Source: an uncultured Verrucomicrobiae bacterium (lineage in GTDB: Bacteria; Verrucomicrobiota; Verrucomicrobiia; Chthoniobacterales; UBA10450). Taken from it: a stretch of DNA of 64,000 nucleotides. The notes below the pieces were generated by a model. That model was not told the origin of the DNA. It made no database searches and saw only the letters and a program-made list of their open reading frames with translations. Each line of letters starts with the position of its first letter. Within the stretch, counting starts at the first letter, position 1. Both the position numbers and the translations under genes were made by a program. Shown in pieces: positions 50,646 through 60,211 of the stretch. The DNA lies in contig CAWIBO010000002.1 in assembly GCA_963834385.1 (NCBI GenBank), forward strand, positions 32,001-96,000, in the 5' to 3' direction.

Positions 50646-51166
50646 TTGGGCGTTTCCGGCATCAGATTCGAACTGGCGACGATGACCATCTGCACGTTCC
50701 CCTTCATCTGTCCCTGCCGCGCCCGAGTGTCGAACTCGAGGGTGTCGCCCGCAATTTGAAAATCGCTGCGACTCACGGTCGTGCGCCGGCCGGAGGTAAG
50801 AACGCGCGTGCGGAGGTTAAGGGTGCCTTCCGGCATGACGATCTCAAGCTCAGGGGCGTCTTCCGCCGTGAACGTCACCATCTTCAAGTCGCGCAGGAGG
50901 ACATCGCTCTCGCTCAACCGTTTGGCGGTGCCGGCCTCGAAACGGGCCCGGAGCTGCCCTTGCTCGTCGTAATCGGGCAAAATGATCCCTTTGGCTTCGT
51001 GGCCGACGGGCAGCGGGAGATCGGTCAGTTGCCGGCTGGCCACGCGGCGTTCCCGCCGTTCCTTTTTGCGCTCCTCCGTGCTTTGTCCAAGGACCAGCCC
51101 GGCCACGAGCAGGAAAACGAGAAGGAAAAAAACGCCGGCGCGGCGAGGGCTACGTGGCGGCGGCAT
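50642..51166 (-). CDS. lptC: LptC-like protein
   Basis: N-terminal TM helix and a jellyroll-like beta region ending GNVQMVI; lies between kdsA and lptA. Confidence 0.65.
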   Translation of the reverse strand: MPPPRSPRRAGVFFLLVFLLVAGLVLGQSTEERKKERRERRVASRQLTDLPLPVGHEAKGIILPDYDEQGQLRARFEAGTAKRLSESDVLLRDLKMVTFTAEDAPELEIVMPEGTLNLRTRVLTSGRRTTVSRSDFQIAGDTLEFDTRARQGQMKGNVQMVIVASSNLMPETPK

Positions 51167-51962
51167 GAATAGCCTTTAACACGCGAAGGTGCTTCGGCAA
51201 CTGCCGGAGCGGGATCTGATTCGGGCCGTCGCTCAAAGCCCGGGCCGGATTTTCATGCACCTCCATGAAGAGCCCGTCGCAACCCGCGGCCACGGCGGCA
51301 CGCGCCAGCACGGGCGCCAATTCCCCGTCGCCCGAGGTCGCATCACCGGCGCCGCCGGGGCGTTGCACCGCATGGGTGGCATCGAAAACCACCCGGTAGC
51401 CATCCTGTCGCATCCAGTAAAGCGAGCGCATGTCCGCGACCAGATTGTTGTAGCCAAAGGTGGTGCCGCGCTCGGTGAAAAAATAGCGGGTGCCGCCAAA
51501 GGCCTCCAGTTTCCCGGCAATATGGCGCACGTCCCACGGCGCCAGGAACTGGCCTTTCTTGACGTTCACCGCCCGTCCGGTGGCGGCCGCGGCGCGCAGC
51601 AGGTCCGTCTGGCGGCAAAGAAAGGCGGGAATCTGCAGCACGTCGATCCATTCTCCCGCAGCCTCGGCTTCGCCCGGGGAATGCACATCGGTCGTCACCG
51701 GCATGGCGTGTTCCCGCCCGAGATCGGCCAGGAGGGCGCAACCTTCCTTCAGCCCGAGCCCGCGAAAGGAACGGACCGAGGTCCGGTTGGCTTTGTCGTA
51801 GGAAGCCTTGAAAATGAAGGGCACTTCCGCTTCGCCGCAGATCTCCGCGATCCGCCGGGCCATCCGGCGCACGAACTTCTCCGATTCGATCACGCACGGT
51901 CCCAGGATGAAGCAAAGCCGGGAACCCCCAATGGTGACCGGACCGATTTTCAGGGGTTTCAT
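51150..51962 (-). CDS. kdsA: KDO8P synthase
   Basis: GPCVIES, KASYDKANRTS, QIPAFLCRQT, KKGQFL, ERG, DATH, ALSDG. Confidence 0.97.
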   Translation of the reverse strand: MKPLKIGPVTIGGSRLCFILGPCVIESEKFVRRMARRIAEICGEAEVPFIFKASYDKANRTSVRSFRGLGLKEGCALLADLGREHAMPVTTDVHSPGEAEAAGEWIDVLQIPAFLCRQTDLLRAAAATGRAVNVKKGQFLAPWDVRHIAGKLEAFGGTRYFFTERGTTFGYNNLVADMRSLYWMRQDGYRVVFDATHAVQRPGGAGDATSGDGELAPVLARAAVAAGCDGLFMEVHENPARALSDGPNQIPLRQLPKHLRVLKAIHAAAT

Positions 51963-52022
51963 CGCGGCATGATGCTTCAGGAAAGGCCGGCAGACAACGC
52001 GGCAAGTTCGCCCGGCCGCAGA

Positions 52023-52739
52023 TCAGGAGGGAGTGCCGCGACGCCGGCGGACGAGGTCGTAGAGGCCAAAGGGAGCGTAAAGGAGGAAAAAGAAGAGAAA
52101 CGCGAGGAGATGCATCTGGAAAAGGTAGATGGGCCTTTCATCGGAGAGATAGCTCAGGAGGGAGAACGCCTCCGGTTTGTGCAGCAGGAACCCGTAATTG
52201 ACGCCGGTCAGCAGGTCGACCGTGAAGGTGACGACAAAATAAAGCTCGGTCCAGGCGAAGACGCGAAAGATGGACCGGAATTCCGGCCGATAGCCGCGCA
52301 TGACCATAAGGAAAACGATGCCCGCGACGATGGCGCCGTGCCCCACGAAGAAGCTGAGGAAACGGATGTCCGGGAAGCCATGGCGGAGATTGGGGGTGAT
52401 GATGGCCTGGACCGTCCCGCCCAAGCCCCAGAAATAGGCCACCTCGAGCCAGCGCACCCGGCCGGTCAGAAGGGCGACGATGATGGCGACCATGGCCCAG
52501 TCGCAAAGCTGGAAGGGGAGCGCGTTCTCCCAGTAGAGCGTGCTCGTTTTCCAGACGTAGGCGGCGTAGGCGATGTAGTTCAGCCCAAGCACCCCGGCGA
52601 AAGCATGCGCCACCACACGTTCGCCCCGGGGCCATTGCGCCTTGCGCACGACGGAAGCCAGGAAAAAGGGCAATGCCCCCGTGGCCATGATCACGGTCAG
52701 ATGGGCCACGCCGAACGGCTGGAAGACGGGCGGTTCCAT
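52023..52739 (-). CDS. TIGR02206/YwaF-like (TMEM164-related) membrane protein
   Basis: LPFQLCD, GTVQAIITP, FFVGHG, NYGFLLHKP. Confidence 0.8.
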   Translation of the reverse strand: MEPPVFQPFGVAHLTVIMATGALPFFLASVVRKAQWPRGERVVAHAFAGVLGLNYIAYAAYVWKTSTLYWENALPFQLCDWAMVAIIVALLTGRVRWLEVAYFWGLGGTVQAIITPNLRHGFPDIRFLSFFVGHGAIVAGIVFLMVMRGYRPEFRSIFRVFAWTELYFVVTFTVDLLTGVNYGFLLHKPEAFSLLSYLSDERPIYLFQMHLLAFLFFFLLYAPFGLYDLVRRRRGTPS

Positions 52740-52745
52740 GTGCGG

Positions 52746-53555
52746 CTACCGGATGACCCAGAGGTTGCAGGGGATAACGTCCGTGATCCACGCGATCCGC
52801 GGCGACAACTCCCCGCTCGCGGAGGCGACCGGCACCATGAGAAGATCGGCCTCCACCGCCTGGACAAATTCCGAGGCGGCCCAGCCGGTGTTCCCCTGGA
52901 GGCAGCGCGCCTCAATCGGGACTTCCGTGGGTCCCGCGGCCAGGATGAATTTTTCCAGGGCCATTTCCTCATCCTCCAGGGTAAAGGTCCGATCCTCGCC
53001 CTCGCCAGCGAGGGTGGCCCGTGCCTGGTCAAACGCGGTATAGACCCGGACCACGTAAAGCCGTTCCGTGCGCTCGGCGGAAGCAAGGGCGAGGGCCTGC
53101 CGGAAAGCCCGGGCGCTGTGCTCGGAATGATCGGCCAGGAAAACCATGCGGCGCAGCGGGCGCGGCTCCAGCTCGGGGCGGGTGAAAAGCGCGACGGAGC
53201 AATGCGATTCACGCACGAGGCGCCGCGCGACATCACCGAGGAACGGGCGCAGCACCACTTCCTTCTCCAGGGCGCCGGCCACGATCAGGTCGACCCCGTG
53301 GTCGCGGCAGGCGGTCAGGATGGCGGTGGCCGGATCCCCCGTCTGGTAGAGCACGGGCGCATCCGCCGGCAGGCCGAGCTGGGCCCGGATGCCGTGGAAT
53401 TTCTGCTCGGTCTCTGCGGTCCGTTCGCCCACGTAGACCAGGCTGAGCCGGGCGCCAAAGCGCTCCGCCATGCGCCGGCCTTCCGCGAGGACCTGGGCGA
53501 ACCGGGGCGAGAAAGCCGCGGCCACCGCGACCGATTTGTAGGGGGCTTCTGGCAT
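52746..53555 (-). CDS. Universal stress protein (tandem domains)
   Basis: AFSPR, GDPATAI, VDLIVAGA, LGDVARRLVRESHCSV. Confidence 0.82.
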   Translation of the reverse strand: MPEAPYKSVAVAAAFSPRFAQVLAEGRRMAERFGARLSLVYVGERTAETEQKFHGIRAQLGLPADAPVLYQTGDPATAILTACRDHGVDLIVAGALEKEVVLRPFLGDVARRLVRESHCSVALFTRPELEPRPLRRMVFLADHSEHSARAFRQALALASAERTERLYVVRVYTAFDQARATLAGEGEDRTFTLEDEEMALEKFILAAGPTEVPIEARCLQGNTGWAASEFVQAVEADLLMVPVASASGELSPRIAWITDVIPCNLWVIR

Positions 53556-53659
53556 GGGCAGCGCCTAACCTTGCTGCTTCGCCGGACCGGGGCAACCCGC
53601 CTCTCGCTTTTGTAGATTGCGCCTTTTCATCCACGGTCTGCTCTGCGAATTTGCCGCCC

Positions 53660-54139
53660 ATGCGGCGCGCGATTTATCCCGGCAGCTTCGACCCCGTCAC
53701 CAATGGTCACCTTGATGTGATCGAGCGGGCCTGCAAACTCTTTGATGAGGTGGTTGTCGCGGTGGCGCAGAACGACCAGAAAAAGCCGCTTTTCTCGCTG
53801 GAGGACCGGCTCCGTTTCCTGCGCGAGACGGTGGGGGGCAATCCAGCGGTGGTGATTGCCCGGTTCGACGGGCTTCTGGTCGAGTTCGCCCTGGCCCGCG
53901 AGGCCATCGCGGTGGTGCGCGGCCTGCGCGCCGTTTCCGATTTCGAGTTCGAATTTCAGATGGCCCTGATGAACCGAAAGCTGGAGCCGCAGGTAGAAAC
54001 GATTTTCCTCATGCCCAAGGAGGATTACACTTACCTGAGTTCACGCATCGTGAAGGAGATTGCCCGCCTGGGCGGCGACACGACGAAGTTTGTGCCCCCG
54101 CCCGTGGCGGCCGCGCTCCGCCAGAAATTCGCCTCATGA
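53660..54139 (+). CDS. coaD: Pantetheine-phosphate adenylyltransferase
   Basis: YPGSFDPVTNGH, RGLRAVSDFEFE, SSRIVKE. Confidence 0.97.
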   Translation: MRRAIYPGSFDPVTNGHLDVIERACKLFDEVVVAVAQNDQKKPLFSLEDRLRFLRETVGGNPAVVIARFDGLLVEFALAREAIAVVRGLRAVSDFEFEFQMALMNRKLEPQVETIFLMPKEDYTYLSSRIVKEIARLGGDTTKFVPPPVAAALRQKFAS

Positions 54140-54606
54140 AAATTCATCTGCGACAGATTCCCTCCGAGGGCACACGGCTGGAAGGCGAGGAAAACTGCGC
54201 CTTCCCGGAGCTGGAAAGCGAGGGGATCCAGTGCGCCGGGCCGCTGCGCTACGCGCTCGACGTCGGCCTCACCGGGGTTGATCTCTGGGCCAACGGCAGC
54301 CTGGCCCAGCCGGTCGACCTGACCTGCGTTTCCTGTCTGGACCGGTTTGTCCATACCATCGAGGTGCCCCAGTTCGCCACCCTCGTCGAAGCCCCCGGGG
54401 CCGAGCTCGTCGACCTCACCCCGGCGGCGCGCGAGGATATTCTGCTTAACCTGCCGGCGCACCCGCGCTGCGACATTCACGGGGGGAGGGAATGCCGGGC
54501 CGCCCGCGCGCCCGCGGCCGAACCGGGGCAGGTGGAGCAGGCCAGCGCAGAAAAGCGGGAGCACGACTGGGGCGCGCTCGACAAGCTGCGCTTGAAAAAG
54601 AAGTAG
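54136..54606 (+). CDS. YceD/DUF177 family protein
   Basis: CVSCL, DLTPAAREDILLNLP, WGALDKL; precedes rpmF. Confidence 0.88.
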   Translation: MKIHLRQIPSEGTRLEGEENCAFPELESEGIQCAGPLRYALDVGLTGVDLWANGSLAQPVDLTCVSCLDRFVHTIEVPQFATLVEAPGAELVDLTPAAREDILLNLPAHPRCDIHGGRECRAARAPAAEPGQVEQASAEKREHDWGALDKLRLKKK

Positions 54607-54681
54607 CCGGGCGGGGGGCAGGAGCGCCCCCGAAAGAGGCGGTTGTCATCCCGGAATTATCTGCTTACTTACGCCGCTTCT

Positions 54682-54861
54682 ATGGGAGTCCCAAAACGCA
54701 AAACCTCCAAGATGCGACTGCGCACCCGCCGGGCCGCCAATCGCTGGCACGCCCCGCAGCTGAACAAGTGCGCCCAGTGCGGCACCGCCATCCCGTCCCA
54801 CACCGCCTGTCCTTCCTGCGGATATTACAAGGGACGCCAGGTTCTCACGGTCGAGGCCTGA
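54682..54861 (+). CDS. rpmF: 50S ribosomal protein L32
   Basis: MGVPKRKTSK, CxxC...HxxCxxCGYYKGRQV. Confidence 0.97.
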   Translation: MGVPKRKTSKMRLRTRRAANRWHAPQLNKCAQCGTAIPSHTACPSCGYYKGRQVLTVEA

Positions 54862-54952
54862 GCCGGGCGCCCGGGCCTTTTGGATTGCGTGGGCGAAGTG
54901 TTCCCGTAATCCTGCAGTGAGGGAACGGGGCACCCCTGGCTCCTCCCGGCGC

Positions 54953-56182
54953 ATGCTCTCGTCTCATCCGATTTCGGCCCCCTCTCCGGGAACGAGTGCG
55001 CCGCGGCGCTGTTCGGTCATTATCCCCGTGCACGACGGAGGCGCCGTTTTTCAACGCTGCCTCGCTTCCGTCACGGCGGCGCTTGGCCCAGCCGACGAGC
55101 TCATCGTGGTGGCCGACGGCGAAAGCGACGGCGCCTGGCGGGCAGCCCACGATTTCCCCTGTCGCGTTCTCCGGGTTCCCCGCCACTGCGGCCCGGCCGG
55201 GGCGCGCAACCAGGGGGTCGCGGAGGCGGAGGGCGAGTTCATCGTCTTCATCGACGCCGACGTCACGGTGGCGCCGGATTGTCTTGATCGAATGGTGCAA
55301 CGCTTCGCGGACGAGCCGGGCCTCGTGGCCTTGATCGGTTCCTATGATGACGCGCCCGGTGATCCCGGGTTTGTCTCGCAATACCGGAACCTCCTTCACC
55401 ATTACGTGCACCAGCGCGGCGCCACCGAGGCTTCCACCTTCTGGGGCGCCTGCGGCGCGATCCGGCGCGACATTTTCCTGGCTGCGGGCGGGTTCGACGA
55501 AAACTACGCCCGTTCCTCCATCGAGGACATCGAACTCGGATACCGTCTGCGCGCGGCCTCGCATCGCCTTCGTCTGGCCCGGGAAATTCAGGTGAAACAT
55601 TGGAAGAAATGGACTGCGTGGATGCTTTGGCGCAGCGACACCCTGGACCGTGCCATGCCCTGGACGGAACTGATCCTCGAGCAGTATACCCGGGGCCGCC
55701 GCCTGGTGGTCGCGCGCGATCTCAACCTGGGTCTCTCCTACCAGGTCAGCCTGCTCGTATCCTGGAGTTTTCTCGGTGCCCTGGCAGCCTCGCCATTCCT
55801 GCCCGCGGCCGGCTGGGCGGTGGCGCTGCTCGGCGCCCTCTTTCTCCTGCTGCACCTGCCGCTCCTTCTTTTCTTTCAACGGCGGCGCGGGATGGTCTTC
55901 GCCATCCGGGCGCTGCCGTGGCGTTTCCTTTACGACCTTTGCAGCGGTCTTGGCTTCATTTTCGGCCTGGCCCGGTTTTGCGGGAGATCCTGGAACTCGG
56001 CCCCGGTTGCCTCCGGTTCATCCGCGCCCACTGCCGGCGGTGAAGCGTTCCGCCAGATAACCGAGAGTGTTGGCGGTTTGCCAGACACCGAGCAGGAAAG
56101 CCATCCGGAGGGCGCGCGTCCGGGGCTTTTGCGCGAGCGCGCGGCGGAAACATCCGGCGTGGAACTTCCAGTCCGGCTTTAA
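54953..56182 (+). CDS. Family 2 glycosyltransferase with C-terminal TM helices
   Basis: SVIIPVHD, VADGESD, GPAGARN, FIDAD, GFDE, IEDIELGYR. Confidence 0.88.
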   Translation: MLSSHPISAPSPGTSAPRRCSVIIPVHDGGAVFQRCLASVTAALGPADELIVVADGESDGAWRAAHDFPCRVLRVPRHCGPAGARNQGVAEAEGEFIVFIDADVTVAPDCLDRMVQRFADEPGLVALIGSYDDAPGDPGFVSQYRNLLHHYVHQRGATEASTFWGACGAIRRDIFLAAGGFDENYARSSIEDIELGYRLRAASHRLRLAREIQVKHWKKWTAWMLWRSDTLDRAMPWTELILEQYTRGRRLVVARDLNLGLSYQVSLLVSWSFLGALAASPFLPAAGWAVALLGALFLLLHLPLLLFFQRRRGMVFAIRALPWRFLYDLCSGLGFIFGLARFCGRSWNSAPVASGSSAPTAGGEAFRQITESVGGLPDTEQESHPEGARPGLLRERAAETSGVELPVRL

Positions 56183-56911
56183 AGCTGCCGGCTGGCCGAT
56201 CCGGCCCCGGCCTTCGTGATAATCGTAGGCGCCCTGGCCGTAGGTGAAATGCAGGCGACAGAAAGACGCGAAATTTAGATCGTGGTAATGGCGCACCACG
56301 GCCTCGGGAGCATAGGCGATCTCGCGGCCGCCGTTCAGCCACCGCCGGCAGAGCTCCCGGTCCTCCGCGGCGGCCCGGGGCCAATGCAGGGAAAATCCCC
56401 CGGCTTCCCGCAACTCCGCCGCCGCGACTGCCATGTTGCTGCTCGGGTAGAAATGCGCCCGGCCCTGGGCCGGATCGTAATAGGCGCAGACCGAGTCCAG
56501 GATGAGGTGACAGGTCGCCGCATAGGGGTTCTCCTCCAGGCCATTGATGGTTCGGCCGCCAAAAAGCGTGTGCGGACGGTCGGCCAGGCGGCTTTCCAGT
56601 CGGCGCAGCCAGTCGGTCGCCGGACGGCAATCATCGTCGGTGAAGGCAAGATACTCCCCCCGGGCCCGCGCAATCCCGAGATTGCGCGCCGCCGCCGGCC
56701 CGGACGGCGACTGGCGCAGGAGCGAGAGATCAAGCTGCGCCCGAAAAGGATTCGTCACCGCGTCGAGCGCATGCGCACTGCCATCGTCGACCACCAGCAC
56801 TTCGAAGCGGTCGCGCGGGTAATCCAAAGCGGCGATCGCCTGGAGACAGGCCCCCAGCGCGACCGGCCGGTTGCGGGTTGGAATAATGACGGAGAATTGC
56901 AGCGGGGACAC
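56018..56911 (-). CDS. Family 2 glycosyltransferase
   Basis: SVIIPTRNR, VVDDGS, GPAAARN, FTDDDC, AEDREL. Confidence 0.9.
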   Translation of the reverse strand: MSPLQFSVIIPTRNRPVALGACLQAIAALDYPRDRFEVLVVDDGSAHALDAVTNPFRAQLDLSLLRQSPSGPAAARNLGIARARGEYLAFTDDDCRPATDWLRRLESRLADRPHTLFGGRTINGLEENPYAATCHLILDSVCAYYDPAQGRAHFYPSSNMAVAAAELREAGGFSLHWPRAAAEDRELCRRWLNGGREIAYAPEAVVRHYHDLNFASFCRLHFTYGQGAYDYHEGRGRIGQPAALKPDWKFHAGCFRRALAQKPRTRALRMAFLLGVWQTANTLGYLAERFTAGSGRG

Positions 56912-56973
56912 GCGGATGTTGTTCGGTCGTTGCTTCTCTTCACTTTGGCCGTTAGGAGAGTCAACCAGAAGTC

Positions 56974-58029
56974 ATGAGCGCGATTGCCTTGGGAATTATC
57001 GGGTGCGGCCGGGCCGCGCGGGAACTGCACCTGCCGGCGCTGCGAACATTGCCCGAGGATTGGAAGGTGGCGGCCCTGGCCGATCTGGAGGCGCCGAGCC
57101 TTGACGCGCTGGGGAAGACCTGTCCGGGGGCCCGCCGCTACCGGCAGCCGGAGGAACTCCTGGCCGACCCGGCGGTGACGGCGGCCCTCATCTGCACGCC
57201 GGCGGCCACGCATGCCGCCCTCGCCCTGGCCGCGCTCGCCGCGGGCAAGCATGTCCTCGTGGAAAAGCCGCTCGCGCCTTCACTGGCAGAGGGCGAAGAG
57301 ATGGCCGCTGCCGCCGCTTCGTCTTCACGACTGGTCACCGCGGCCGGATTCAACCAGCGCTGTCACCGCCTGGTGCGGCGGGCGCGCCCGCTCGTCGCCT
57401 CGGGGGCGCTCGGCGAGATCCATCATCTGAATTTTCTATGGAGTTCGCCGATGCAACACGCCCCCAATTTCCCGGCCTGGCGGCACCGGGCGGCCACGGG
57501 CGGTGGTGCGCTGCTCGAGATTGGTTCGCACCAGCTCGATCTTGCCCGTTTCCTCCTCGAGGACGAGTTCAGCGAAATCCAGATGCTGGAACGTTCCGGC
57601 CGATATGAGCAGGAGAGTGTCGGCCTCCTTGGACGCAGCCGGAAAGGCGTTCTCGTCTCGTGCACGCTCACCCAGACGAGCGCGTTCGCCAATGAAGTGC
57701 GAATCCTGGGCGATCGCGCGTCCGTTTCCTTCTCGCTTTTCCGCGCGGAGAGTTTTCGTTTCGCGCCGGTGAGCCTTCATCCGGGCGGCTGGCGCTCGCG
57801 CCTGCCGTCACGGTCGTTTCTGCGCGAGCTGCCGGAGCTGGTTCGCATCGCCCGGGCGGGCGGCGATTTCTTCCTTTCCTATCGCGCGCAATGGCAGGCC
57901 TTCGCCGGGGCCATCCGGTCCGGGACGCCTCCGGCGGCCTCGTGGACGGACGGTCTGGCCGCGCTCCGGGCGGCTGATGCCGCCCTCAACTCGGCGGGCA
58001 CCGGCGCCTCTGTTCGAGTCAGCAACTGA
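56974..58029 (+). CDS. Gfo/Idh/MocA family oxidoreductase
   Basis: GIIGCG, HVLVEKP, GFNQR, GGGALLEIGSHQLD. Confidence 0.9.
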   Translation: MSAIALGIIGCGRAARELHLPALRTLPEDWKVAALADLEAPSLDALGKTCPGARRYRQPEELLADPAVTAALICTPAATHAALALAALAAGKHVLVEKPLAPSLAEGEEMAAAAASSSRLVTAAGFNQRCHRLVRRARPLVASGALGEIHHLNFLWSSPMQHAPNFPAWRHRAATGGGALLEIGSHQLDLARFLLEDEFSEIQMLERSGRYEQESVGLLGRSRKGVLVSCTLTQTSAFANEVRILGDRASVSFSLFRAESFRFAPVSLHPGGWRSRLPSRSFLRELPELVRIARAGGDFFLSYRAQWQAFAGAIRSGTPPAASWTDGLAALRAADAALNSAGTGASVRVSN

Positions 58030-58033
58030 CCGG

Positions 58034-59008
58034 ATGAACGAGGTGAATGACGGGCCGGCTTTGTCGGTCATCCTGGCCACCTCCGGCCGCTTCGCGAACA
58101 TCGCCGCGACAGTTCATCACCTGGCCCGGCAAACGGTGGCCGCGCGAATCGAATTGGTTGTGCTCGCCCCCGATGTCTCGGATTTCGGGCTGCCGCCCGA
58201 AGTGCGAGCGGCGTTTCACGGTGCGCAGTTGCTTGGTCTTGGGCGGCTCACCAACGTGGCACACGCCAACGCCGCCGGGGTGCGCCACGCAACCGCGCCG
58301 GTGGTCGTCTTTGCGGAGGATCACGCTTATCCCGAGCCGGAGTGGGCGGAGGCTTTGCTCGCGCGACACGACGAAGGATGGGCCGTGGTCGGGCCGGTGG
58401 TGCGAAACGGCAACCCCGGGACGACGGCCAGCTGGGCGGATTATATCCCCGGCTATGGTCTCTGGCCTTTCGGTTGCCGCGGCGGCCCCGTCTCCCTGTT
58501 GCCGGGTCATAACAGCAGCTACAAACGCGTTCTTCTTTTGGCCGAAGGAGAGAAGCTCGAGGAGAAGCTGGAGGCCGAGGCGGCTTTCCACGAGGAACTG
58601 GCCGCGCGCGGGGAGGGACTTTTTCTTGAAGATCGCGCGGTCATTTCGCATCTGAGTTTTGCCAGTTGGCGCCCCCTGCTCACCGCTCAGTTCCATCATG
58701 CCCGCCTCTACGCGGCCCGTCGCCGCGAACGCTGGAACGCGTGGCGGGCCCGCGGCTATGCGCTCGGTTCGTTTATCCTTCCGTTCCTCCGGCTGGCGCG
58801 ACTCCTCAGAAAAAATGTTTCCTTCCCCGCGCGACCGTCGCGCACGCGCATCATCGCCGGAATTTTTCTTACTCTGACGGTGGACGCGGCCGGTCAGGCA
58901 GTCGGTTATCTCACCGGGCCGGGACACGCCGTCGAACACCTGACCGGTTACGAGTATGATCGGGGACGCTACGACGAAGGGACGGGCCGGCCGGCGGCCT
59001 TTTCCTGA
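58034..59008 (+). CDS. GT2-like glycosyltransferase (EDH variant)
   Basis: LSVILAT, VFAEDH, NGNPG, HNSSY. Confidence 0.8.
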   Translation: MNEVNDGPALSVILATSGRFANIAATVHHLARQTVAARIELVVLAPDVSDFGLPPEVRAAFHGAQLLGLGRLTNVAHANAAGVRHATAPVVVFAEDHAYPEPEWAEALLARHDEGWAVVGPVVRNGNPGTTASWADYIPGYGLWPFGCRGGPVSLLPGHNSSYKRVLLLAEGEKLEEKLEAEAAFHEELAARGEGLFLEDRAVISHLSFASWRPLLTAQFHHARLYAARRRERWNAWRARGYALGSFILPFLRLARLLRKNVSFPARPSRTRIIAGIFLTLTVDAAGQAVGYLTGPGHAVEHLTGYEYDRGRYDEGTGRPAAFS

Positions 59009-60183
59009 ACAGCGGCGGCCAGGTGGCGCCGCATGGCGTCGGCGTGGTTTTCTGCGCTGAACCGGGCCTTGGCGCGTTCGATGGATTCGGGGGGCAGGCT
59101 GCCGTTGGGGAAAAGTCCGCCCGCAGCGACGGTGCGCAATTTTTCCCAGAGCGCGTGCTCCTCGTTGGGTGGAACGAGCAGACCGTTCACGCCTTCCTCG
59201 ATGATTTCCGGCAGACCGCCGGCGGCGCTGGCGATTACCGGCACGCCATGCACGATGGCTTCGGCGGCGACGAGGCCGAAGGGCTCGGGCCAGAGTGAGG
59301 GAACGACGGAAGCCCAGGCCGTTTCCAGTTCCCTCGCCACGGCGTCGGGTTCGAGCCAGCCGCAAAAATGCGCCGCCTCCGCCAGGCCGAGCCGGCTCGC
59401 CTCCGCCTCCAGCGCCGGACGAAGGGGTCCGCGCCCGACCAGACGGAGGGTGGCGGCGGGAAACTGGTGGCGCAATCTCGCGAAGGCACGCAAAAGGAGT
59501 CCGGCGCCCTTCTCGCGATCAAAGCGGCCGCAGAAGAGAAATTGGGGCGTGGCGCTGGGGCGCCGGCGGAAGCCCGGCCCGGGAGAACGCACCGGGAGAA
59601 GGATTGTCTCCGCGTGCAGGTCGTGCCGGGCCAGTTCCTGCCGGACCCAATCGCTGCAGGCCACGATGCGGGTCACACTCTTGATTGCCCGCCGAATCAG
59701 CGCGTAGCGCGGCTGCTCCCGCAGCCAGTGCGGCGCGCTGAGGCATCCGGTGCGCCAGCAGACCAGCCCGGGCGGCGTCCGGCAATGGCCGTTATCCGGA
59801 AGCAGCTTGGTCCCCAGCGGACAGATGCACTTGTAATCGGAGACGAGCAGGACCGTGGGGAGATGGGCCAGGCCGCGCACGATGGCGGGCGAAAGATGGT
59901 GCGCGAACATGTTGATAAGAGCGGCGTCGGGCTGGAAGTCGGCGAGCGCCCTCCGGAGCGTCGTTGCGGCAAATGGATTGTGAACTTGAAGAACCGTTTG
60001 CGCGGCGAGCAGGCTGGTTCCGAAAGCCTGATACTCGGCCGTGCCATCACCAGCGGTGCCGGCGGTGCTCGTCAGCAGCCGAACGTCCTCCCCCCGCGCG
60101 CGCAGGGTGTCGCGCAGGAGCGCCAGGTAGTTCTCGGCCCCTCCCTGCCCGCGGTTCCAGTCGGTCACGAGGAGAATTTTCAT
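58969..60183 (-). CDS. Family 4 (GT-B) glycosyltransferase
   Basis: GGAE, DYKCICP, GRFDREKG, PEPFGLVAAEA, GGLPE. Confidence 0.92.
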   Translation of the reverse strand: MKILLVTDWNRGQGGAENYLALLRDTLRARGEDVRLLTSTAGTAGDGTAEYQAFGTSLLAAQTVLQVHNPFAATTLRRALADFQPDAALINMFAHHLSPAIVRGLAHLPTVLLVSDYKCICPLGTKLLPDNGHCRTPPGLVCWRTGCLSAPHWLREQPRYALIRRAIKSVTRIVACSDWVRQELARHDLHAETILLPVRSPGPGFRRRPSATPQFLFCGRFDREKGAGLLLRAFARLRHQFPAATLRLVGRGPLRPALEAEASRLGLAEAAHFCGWLEPDAVARELETAWASVVPSLWPEPFGLVAAEAIVHGVPVIASAAGGLPEIIEEGVNGLLVPPNEEHALWEKLRTVAAGGLFPNGSLPPESIERAKARFSAENHADAMRRHLAAAVQEKAAGRPVPSS

Positions 60184-60211
60184 CGTGCGCCCTCGCGCCA
60201 GGAGACCGGGC

